From the NCBI GenBank assembly GCA_038204425.1, contig JBBRCZ010000002.1, forward strand, positions 96,001 through 160,000: a stretch of DNA of 64,000 nucleotides, given 5' to 3'. Within the stretch, counting starts at the first letter, position 1. Each line of letters opens with the position of its first letter. Below are positions 57,012-64,000 of the stretch, one piece after another. Below the pieces are notes generated by a model. It ran no database searches. It was not told where the DNA came from and saw only the letters and a list, made by a program, of their open reading frames with translations. This DNA comes from Spirochaetia bacterium (GTDB lineage: Bacteria; Spirochaetota; Spirochaetia; DSM-27196; Salinispiraceae). Both the position numbers and the translations under genes were made by a program.

Positions 57012-59114
57012 ATGGCAAAGTCCAACAGCACAATCAGCAGAATGAAACTTAGCGTCAAAGAAAAGCTCAATCTACTTCTGCCTTATTTTCGCAAGAAAAT
57101 ATTAGAGCAAGTCAAGGCAGTTGCTTTGATTGTTGTCTACTTGGTAATTTTTCAGACGGTGATTCTAGGCATTGCAATCGCTGAAGCACTGATAATATCC
57201 CTTGGCATCAGCGTGATAGTCTTTGGTTTGGCCTTCTTTATGGAAGGTCTGTTTTTGGGTCTAATGCCGCTTGGAGAAGCAATTGGCATCAAGCTCCCTC
57301 AAAAAACTAAACTTCCTATAATACTTGGCTTTGCACTGATACTCGGGATTGGCGTGACGTTTGCAGAACCCGCTATCGGCGTGCTTCAGATGGCAGGTTC
57401 TTTTATTAAGGCCTGGGACGCGCCGCTGCTTTTTTTGATGCTCAACAAGCATGCTGGTATACTCAAGGCTGTAGTTGGCTTGGGGGTCGGACTAGCTGTC
57501 GTATTTGGAATGTTGCGTTTTATGTTTAACTGGTCACTCAAGCCATTCTTGTACATTGGTATCCCCGCTGCTCTTTTGTTCTCACTTTGGGCACAATTTG
57601 ATCCAAACATGAGTAAAGTGATTGGACTTGCTTGGGATAGTGGCGGAGTTACCACCGGTCCAGTTACCGTGCCTCTAGTTTTGGCCCTGGGGATTGGCGT
57701 CTGTAGAGTAGTAAGCAAAAATAGTACCGAGTCAGGCGGATTTGGTGTGGTTACGTTAGCGTCTCTTTTTCCTATCCTTGCAGTTCTTACCTTGGGGCTG
57801 GTCTTCTTGCCGTCGGTTCCCACGCCATCAAATCAAGCCGATTTTTTTGCCAAAGACAATCGTGAGCGCGTTGAGTCACTCTTTGAGTCCAAACAAGCAA
57901 TGATTGGCTACGCACTACGCAATGCAAGTGTAGAGGCTCAAACGAAGCTCTTTGATGGTGACCGTGTTACGGCCCTAGATTATATACGGTCACTCAAAAT
58001 AAACACCACTTTGCGTGAGCAAACACTTGCCTCAAGCGATCCAAAAGCCTTGGAGCGCTGGGCAATTAGCAATGGCGACTACGAGCAACGCTTGGTCGTT
58101 TTTGGCAGCGACCAAGCCATAAAACAGGCAGTTGAAGCATTCTCCACCAAACAGATTCAACAAGTAGATTTTGCTGACGTAAGTTTGCGCAACGGCTTAG
58201 CATCACTGCAAGCGATTTTGCCATTGGTTGCCTTTTTGTTGCTTGTCTTGTTCTTTTTGCTGCGAGAGCGACTACAACATCCTGACGAAATCCTGCTTGG
58301 CGTCTTTTTTGCAGTCTTTGGTATGTTTCTCTTCAACATTGGTATAGAGCTTGGCTTGTCTAAGCTAGGTAACCAAGTAGGTTCTGCATTGCCGGCGTCT
58401 TTTAAAAGAATTGACCTAAATGACCAACGACAAATCATTCCCAACTTTGACGAAAGTGTGGTTCTTACGGCAATTTCTGCCAACGGAGAAAAGACACGAT
58501 TCTTTTACACTAATCTAAATGGTGCTTACGTTCAGGTTCCTTATGACCAAGCCAAAAATGATAGCGATCAAAGGCGCTACAACTTTGTTCCAAGCAAAGG
58601 GCCTATGTTTGGGGCGGAGGGGAATGCAGGTGGCATAATGCTTGTGCTGTTGTTTGCCTTTATTATGGGCTACGCGGCCACACTTGCCGAGCCGGCCCTC
58701 AACGCCTTGGGTTCAACCGTAGAAACTTTGACAGTCGGATCTTTCAAAAAAAACTTACTCATGCAGTCCGTGGCCATAGGGGTAGGTGTGGGCATTTTGG
58801 TGGGAGTGCTCAAAATCATCTATGATATACCTCTAATCTGGCTTATCGGGCCGCCGTATTTGCTGCTTTTGCTACTGAGCAAAGTTTCTACCGAAGAGTT
58901 TGTGAATATTGGCTGGGACAGCGCTGGTGTAACTACCGGCCCGATAACGGTACCACTTGTTTTGGCAATGGGGCTCGGTTTGAGCTCGCAAGTCGGTGCG
59001 GTGGAGGGCTTTGGCATCCTTGCTTGTGCCTCAGTTTTTCCCATATTGAGTGTTCTTTCTGTAGGCTTGATTGTAAACATTAAGAAGAAGCGCACACTCA
59101 AAGTTGCGGCATAG
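57012..59114 (+). CDS. DUF1538 family membrane protein (duplicated domain)
   Basis: Two copies each of T.AEPA and WDS.GVTTGP.TVPLVLA.G. Confidence 0.85.
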   Translation: MAKSNSTISRMKLSVKEKLNLLLPYFRKKILEQVKAVALIVVYLVIFQTVILGIAIAEALIISLGISVIVFGLAFFMEGLFLGLMPLGEAIGIKLPQKTKLPIILGFALILGIGVTFAEPAIGVLQMAGSFIKAWDAPLLFLMLNKHAGILKAVVGLGVGLAVVFGMLRFMFNWSLKPFLYIGIPAALLFSLWAQFDPNMSKVIGLAWDSGGVTTGPVTVPLVLALGIGVCRVVSKNSTESGGFGVVTLASLFPILAVLTLGLVFLPSVPTPSNQADFFAKDNRERVESLFESKQAMIGYALRNASVEAQTKLFDGDRVTALDYIRSLKINTTLREQTLASSDPKALERWAISNGDYEQRLVVFGSDQAIKQAVEAFSTKQIQQVDFADVSLRNGLASLQAILPLVAFLLLVLFFLLRERLQHPDEILLGVFFAVFGMFLFNIGIELGLSKLGNQVGSALPASFKRIDLNDQRQIIPNFDESVVLTAISANGEKTRFFYTNLNGAYVQVPYDQAKNDSDQRRYNFVPSKGPMFGAEGNAGGIMLVLLFAFIMGYAATLAEPALNALGSTVETLTVGSFKKNLLMQSVAIGVGVGILVGVLKIIYDIPLIWLIGPPYLLLLLLSKVSTEEFVNIGWDSAGVTTGPITVPLVLAMGLGLSSQVGAVEGFGILACASVFPILSVLSVGLIVNIKKKRTLKVAA

Positions 59115-59127
59115 AGAAGGAAAAAAA

Positions 59128-60249
59128 ATGCAAAATTTAAGCAAACAAACCAAAATACACCTTCTGGTCGACCGTATTTATTCAAAAGCTGCTCTGGATG
59201 CACTAGCTGAGTTAGGGATTTCTGACCTGCATGTAGAAAACGGTCGAAGTCTACAACTGCTGCAAGAAGCTGACAAACAGGTTGCTTTTACTAGCAAGGC
59301 TCAGTTAAACGAAGAACAAGTATTGATGTTCTCGTTTGTAAGCAATAGAAGCTGGGCAAAAAAAATAGTCCAACATTTGACCGAAAAACTAAGTCTCAAT
59401 ATTCCTGGCAAGGGAAGTATCTATGCCAAAGACATTGAGCTTGCACTGCATACTTCTTCGCTTGAAATCAACGAGCCCAAAAACCTGATAGAAAGCGAGC
59501 ACTTGGTCTCAAGTGACCTAATTGGCATTGCCTGCGTCGTCCAGAAGGGCGAAGGCAATCATGTCGCTCAAATTGGTCTGAGTACAGGCACCGCAATGCC
59601 AGTAGTTTCTTATGGCATCGGAACAGGATTACGCAATCGCCTGGGTCTTTGGCGGATACTCATTCCAGCCGAAAAAGAAGTTTCTACGCTGGTTGTTAAT
59701 CGAGACGAAGCCGATACCGTTATGGATATGATGATAGACGTTGGGCAGCTCGACCAACCCGGAAAAGGGTTTATCTTTCAGTTTCCAATCGAACTTGGCG
59801 TACTAAATACTAAATTTAGCGTTGGTGAGAGCAAGCAGGCGGCCAGCATTGAACAAATAATCTCAGCTATAGATACCATACAAGGTAGCACTGAATGGCG
59901 TAGAAAATCATTTAGTAAACACTCTGAGGGAGAAAAGCAGCGTCGCTATTTGACGGGCTTGGTTGACTTTTCTTTGATCTGCAACGAAGGTTTTGGCGAA
60001 ACATTAACCCAGTGCGCCATGGAAGCCGGAGCGGCTGGGGCTACCATCCGACACTTAAAGTATATGTCTTTGCACGATAGAAAGTCATCTATTTCACCGG
60101 CGCGAGAGATTAGCGTAATGACTATTGGGCAGGCCCAGGTTGAGACTATCACTGAGGCCCTCAAATCCAATGGTCTATTGACCCCAGAGGTCTCCGGTGA
60201 GCTCCATATCAATCCAGTGCCAAAGGCCTGTACCTTTTTGGGCAAGTAG
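59128..60249 (+). CDS. Multi-domain PII-like regulator
   Basis: Repeated PII-like segments: LNIPGKGSIY; GIGTG...EKE...LDQPGKGFIF; AMEAGAAGAT. Confidence 0.7.
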   Translation: MQNLSKQTKIHLLVDRIYSKAALDALAELGISDLHVENGRSLQLLQEADKQVAFTSKAQLNEEQVLMFSFVSNRSWAKKIVQHLTEKLSLNIPGKGSIYAKDIELALHTSSLEINEPKNLIESEHLVSSDLIGIACVVQKGEGNHVAQIGLSTGTAMPVVSYGIGTGLRNRLGLWRILIPAEKEVSTLVVNRDEADTVMDMMIDVGQLDQPGKGFIFQFPIELGVLNTKFSVGESKQAASIEQIISAIDTIQGSTEWRRKSFSKHSEGEKQRRYLTGLVDFSLICNEGFGETLTQCAMEAGAAGATIRHLKYMSLHDRKSSISPAREISVMTIGQAQVETITEALKSNGLLTPEVSGELHINPVPKACTFLGK

Positions 60250-60275
60250 CCCAAAAAGGCTGTAGCAAACTAATG

Positions 60276-61220
60276 CTAGCGAAAAGTATAGGTGAAACGC
60301 ATAGTCACGGATCGACTCGAAGAATTAGAAAACGAACTACTTCGCAGGCCAGTTAAGATCGCTTCGTCGGCTTCGTTAGAACCACTTGATTGCTGCCGTT
60401 CGACGCTGAGTGGTTTGCCGCCGCCAACACCAACGCTAATGATAAAGCTTACTGGTCGCCTTATGTCTCGATAGAAATCAGTTTGATTTTGAAAGAGCTG
60501 GGCTTCGTTGAGTAATTGCCAAATAGATATTCTTGCACTAGTCGGTACTGGCTTCTTGGCCAATGAAAAATCACCTTGCTCGTTTTCTTGGTAATACCAA
60601 GCCAGATCAGCAAACCGGCCTTCTTGTTTGCGTTTGTTCTCAATGCGAGTCCAAATATGGGCACCAATGCGCTCCGGCACTGGTAAGTATTCGGTGAGTT
60701 CAAATCGACCTATCACGCCCGCTTCAGCCCCACCAGTATCCAAGACCCACTCATTGCCCTTGTCGTTGCCCCGTGGATTAGCTGCTACGCGACTCGTTGT
60801 ATCATTTCTTGGCTGTGGTACTGTACCTACTGGTCTACTTGCTTGAGTACTTTGGGTCCGGCGCGGCAAAGTTGTGCTGGTTTTACGTGTTTTGGCGACG
60901 GTAGTTGCCGGCACGGTTGCTAGTGTTGCCACCTGCGCCTCTTCTGGTTCTTGTGCAACTTGTGGCTCGGGGTTTGTTTGTTCAGGTTCGGGCTGTTCTT
61001 CTGCCGGCGCGGGAGCTTCTTCCACCTGGCGTTCTTGACTGTTGTCGATACCCTCAAGCCTGCCCAAGTTTATTTCTATTGCGCCAGCTTGGTCACTGAC
61101 TTGCTCAAAGTGTAAGAGCCCCGCCATCCAGAGTACAAGCAAGGCCAGAGCGTAGATCCCAAAAGTCAAACCAAAGGAGACTATGTTGCGCTTTCTGGCA
61201 TGACGTTCTCTGCCGGTCAT
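60276..61220 (-). CDS. TonB/TolA-like energy transducer
   Basis: N-terminal TM, Pro/Glu/Thr-rich linker, C-terminal QSSGSNEADEA...FTY; downstream of exbBD. Confidence 0.65.
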   Translation of the reverse strand: MTGRERHARKRNIVSFGLTFGIYALALLVLWMAGLLHFEQVSDQAGAIEINLGRLEGIDNSQERQVEEAPAPAEEQPEPEQTNPEPQVAQEPEEAQVATLATVPATTVAKTRKTSTTLPRRTQSTQASRPVGTVPQPRNDTTSRVAANPRGNDKGNEWVLDTGGAEAGVIGRFELTEYLPVPERIGAHIWTRIENKRKQEGRFADLAWYYQENEQGDFSLAKKPVPTSARISIWQLLNEAQLFQNQTDFYRDIRRPVSFIISVGVGGGKPLSVERQQSSGSNEADEAILTGLRSSSFSNSSSRSVTMRFTYTFR

Positions 61221-61222
61221 GA

Positions 61223-61633
61223 CTATTTGACCTCGCCACGGGTAAGCAAACTAACGCCTTGAATTTTGTTTTTGCGCATCACATCCAAGATAGAAACCAT
61301 CAATTGGTAACTTGCGCCTTTGTCACCTTCTACCAGTGTTTTTAACGCGCTTAAGTCTTTATCGGCTATTTCTGCCTGTATTAAAGTGTCCAAGCCCACT
61401 AGGTTGGTTCTTACCTTGCCAAGGTAAATCTCGTCTTCCGAAACAGCAATTACGTGCAACTCGCTCAAAGCGACGTTGGTGGCAGTAGCAGACTTAGGTA
61501 GGTCAATATCAATACCTGGTGCGGTTTTGAATACCGAGGTAATCATAAAAAAGATTACCAACATCAAGACCACGTCCACCAAAGGGGTCATGTTGAGCAG
61601 AACATTAGGTTTGAGTCGTCGTTCTAGTCTCAT
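61223..61633 (-). CDS. exbD: Biopolymer transporter ExbD/TolR
   Basis: NMTPLVDVVLMLVIFFMI, IDLPKS, GDK motifs. Confidence 0.9.
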   Translation of the reverse strand: MRLERRLKPNVLLNMTPLVDVVLMLVIFFMITSVFKTAPGIDIDLPKSATATNVALSELHVIAVSEDEIYLGKVRTNLVGLDTLIQAEIADKDLSALKTLVEGDKGASYQLMVSILDVMRKNKIQGVSLLTRGEVK

Positions 61634-61635
61634 GC

Positions 61636-62253
61636 TTAATGGACTCCCTTGCTGTCTTTGATCATCAAGATGAGCTGGTTAACTTGGTTTTCCATTTTAA
61701 TAAGGATTAGGTTTACTTTGTTGACCAAAGCGTTATAGAACACCACCGCAGGTACGGCTACGACGATGCCGGCAACGGTAGTAATTAGTGCCTCTGATAC
61801 GCCTTTTGCCAAAATAGAAGGATCACTAACACTTCCAAACTGCCCAAGTACGCCAAATGCCTGCATAATTCCTGTTACGGTGCCCAAAAGACCAAGCAGG
61901 GGGGCAATGTTGGATATAGTTCCAAGCATGGTCAAATTACGTTCCAAGTTGGGGACTTCTTGATTAGAAGTATCCTTTATTACATCTTTAAGGACTGATT
62001 CTGGGTGTTCGTGGTATTCAATACCAACTTTCATCAGAGCCGACATAGGCGAAACGTTGTTGTCGCAGATTGCTAAGGCCTCATCAAAATGCCTTTTTGC
62101 CAAAGCCATTTTTATGCGAGCAAACAGTTTGCTTTCATCGACGTTGATTTTGCGAAAGTACAACAACCGTTCTATGACGATGAAAATGGCCACAAAAGCC
62201 AAGACAATGATGACCCACAGCACCGGTCCACCTTTAACGAGAAAATCAAGCAT
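61636..62253 (-). CDS. exbB: MotA/TolQ/ExbB proton channel protein
   Basis: APLLGLLGTVTG, GVSEALITTVAG motifs. Confidence 0.9.
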   Translation of the reverse strand: MLDFLVKGGPVLWVIIVLAFVAIFIVIERLLYFRKINVDESKLFARIKMALAKRHFDEALAICDNNVSPMSALMKVGIEYHEHPESVLKDVIKDTSNQEVPNLERNLTMLGTISNIAPLLGLLGTVTGIMQAFGVLGQFGSVSDPSILAKGVSEALITTVAGIVVAVPAVVFYNALVNKVNLILIKMENQVNQLILMIKDSKGVH

Positions 62254-62514
62254 GCGAGCCTCCACCTTTATATACTACAAGTCGCTTAGCCTCTATCTAA
62301 GAAGAAACCGTTGTTAGCTCAATAAGGTAACGCCGATTTCCAAAGAAATAAAGTTTATACAGCAATTGGTCCAATTCACAACTACAATCAGCTTAACGAT
62401 TGCTAGCTCTTTTTGCCAGCCAGTGACACCAGCTCTCTATCAATGGACATTGCAGTCTTACTTGGATATCATACCACCAACAAACCAGTTAGCGCGAATT
62501 TTGGAAGGATTCCT

Positions 62515-62949
62515 ATGAAGAGTATTAGCGAATTAGTCAAAGAAAGCATGCAGATCCGCCTGAGTGATCCAAATAGATCTACCGTATACAAAATGTTGGT
62601 AGGTGAGGCCAAGAAAAATGCCAAGGAACAAAACAGAGAAGCCACACAAGATGATCTCGTAGCTAGTGCCAAAAGACAAGTAAAAGAGACAGAAAACGCA
62701 ATCGGTCTCATCAAAAAGGGCGGCGGAGATACCGGTAAGTACGAGGCGGAACTGCTGGTTTTGCGCGAGTTTTTGCCAACTTTACTTGACCAGCAGGCAA
62801 GCAAGGCTCACGTGGAACGGATTGTCGCTTTGTTGCCCGAAGACGAACGAAACAAAAAATCGATGGGCAAAATAATGGTCCAGCTTAGAACGATAGAAGG
62901 CTTGGATATGAAGCTGGCTCAAGAAATTCTAACGCAGTTATTGGCCTAG
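62515..62949 (+). CDS. GatB/YqeY domain protein
   Basis: AELLVLREFLP, KSMGKIM motifs; SD GAAGGA. Confidence 0.7.
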   Translation: MKSISELVKESMQIRLSDPNRSTVYKMLVGEAKKNAKEQNREATQDDLVASAKRQVKETENAIGLIKKGGGDTGKYEAELLVLREFLPTLLDQQASKAHVERIVALLPEDERNKKSMGKIMVQLRTIEGLDMKLAQEILTQLLA

Positions 62950-64000
62950 GTTTCTGCCGTAAGCAAGACAATTGCTTGATCCAGGCCAATGCCATCGTGC
63001 TGCGTGCGGCCTGCCAAATTTTTTAGATTGAGCGTTCCGTTTCGTTTCTCGCTTTCGCCAATAATTATGCCCCAAGGGATGCCTTTTTTTTCAGCATAGC
63101 CAAACTGGAGATTGAGTTTCTTGGCACTTGGGTAGACCTCGGTACTAAGTCCCTTTGATCGCAACGTTTCTGCCACCAAGTGGTAGTGGCTCAGTAGATT
63201 TTCGTCTTGGCAGAGCACTATGACGTCGGCTGCATATGCCTTGTTTTGCATGATATTTAGTTCTTCTAATGCAGCAATCAATCGGTCCAAACCGATGCTA
63301 GCTCCTACACCTGGCAATGGCTCGTTACTGTAGAGACTTGCAAGGTCGTTGTAACGTCCCCCAGAACAGACCGAGCCAATGCCCGGTAGCTCATCAAGAA
63401 AGGTTTCGTAGACAATGCCGGTGTAATAATCTAGTCCACGGGTTATGGACGCATCAAACACCAGCTTGTCAGCAATTCCCAGCTCATCAGCCATTTTTAG
63501 AATGCTCGTCATTCTTTGGCTTTCTGCTGACTCACCTCCGGATAGCTCTTGCAGATCTTGCAGGACTGCTAGGTTGTGCTGAGCAACAGTCTGTTCTTTT
63601 TGGGCAGCTGGCCCAGAAATGTAAGCAAGTATTTTTTGGGCGGCTTCCAAGCCAAGTAAGTCCGTCAACAGTTTTAAAGTTTCATCGCTACCAATTTTTC
63701 GCAGCTTATCTACCGTACGCAAAATTTCGGCACTGTGCTCGGAAATGCCCAAGTGGCTGAGGAATTTGTTAAAGATGCCACGGTGTGAAAGGTGAAAGTG
63801 AACCGCATTGATACCGAGGGCGGCAAAACAACGGTTCATCAACAAGAGAATTTCAAAATCAGCGCTTTCACTATCAAGACCGACAATGTCAAAGTCACAT
63901 TGCATAAACTCGCGATAGCGACCTTTTTGCGTGTTTTCTCCACGCCAAACTTTGCCAAAGTGAAATCTTTTAAAAGGCAAGTAGAGTTCGTTTTTGTGCA
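62946..64000 (-). CDS. hisS: Histidine--tRNA ligase (C-terminal part; 5' end outside the window)
   Basis: RGENTQKGRYREFMQCDFD, RGLDYYTG, SGGRYNDL, GLDRL motifs. Confidence 0.96.
   Translation of the reverse strand, partial: HKNELYLPFKRFHFGKVWRGENTQKGRYREFMQCDFDIVGLDSESADFEILLLMNRCFAALGINAVHFHLSHRGIFNKFLSHLGISEHSAEILRTVDKLRKIGSDETLKLLTDLLGLEAAQKILAYISGPAAQKEQTVAQHNLAVLQDLQELSGGESAESQRMTSILKMADELGIADKLVFDASITRGLDYYTGIVYETFLDELPGIGSVCSGGRYNDLASLYSNEPLPGVGASIGLDRLIAALEELNIMQNKAYAADVIVLCQDENLLSHYHLVAETLRSKGLSTEVYPSAKKLNLQFGYAEKKGIPWGIIIGESEKRNGTLNLKNLAGRTQHDGIGLDQAIVLLTAET

Noticed and set aside
1..64000. CRISPR arrays, rRNA genes, IS elements
   Set aside because: No regularly spaced direct repeats, rRNA-like tracts or transposase motifs were noticed by eye.

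Overview
64 kb of core-like bacterial chromosome, most likely a spirochaete (Spirochaetia). Evidence for this: rpsL-rpsG with no downstream fusA/tuf, an RpoB Asn at the E. coli S531-equivalent position, spirochaete-type lipoproteins and an MCP. Housekeeping content: bioA-F-G-C biotin genes, an Opp/Dpp ABC transporter, a TPP-riboswitch-controlled ECF transporter, a queuosine-precursor transporter, MFS transporters, tRNA-Thr/tRNA-Trp-secE-nusG-rplKAJL-rpoBC-rpsLG, nadM-nadE, a DUF1538/PII pair, exbB-exbD-tonB-like genes and a partial hisS. The best candidate for an undescribed system is 18106-23287. It holds four full-length paralogs of a helical ~235-250 aa family I do not recognise, arranged around a calcineurin-like metallophosphatase and a HipA/PI3K-like kinase, which suggests a kinase-phosphatase-substrate switch. 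Other notable items: an apparent tandem preQ1-I riboswitch with inserted hairpins, a single-chain A-A'-T ECF module, a triple-domain PII-like protein, an HPD-motif plus LRR protein, a NadM with a degenerate Nudix box, decayed two-component remnants around the MCP, and several apparently leaderless genes. No CRISPR array, rRNA, transposase or integrase was seen. All calls come from reading motifs by eye; no searches were run.
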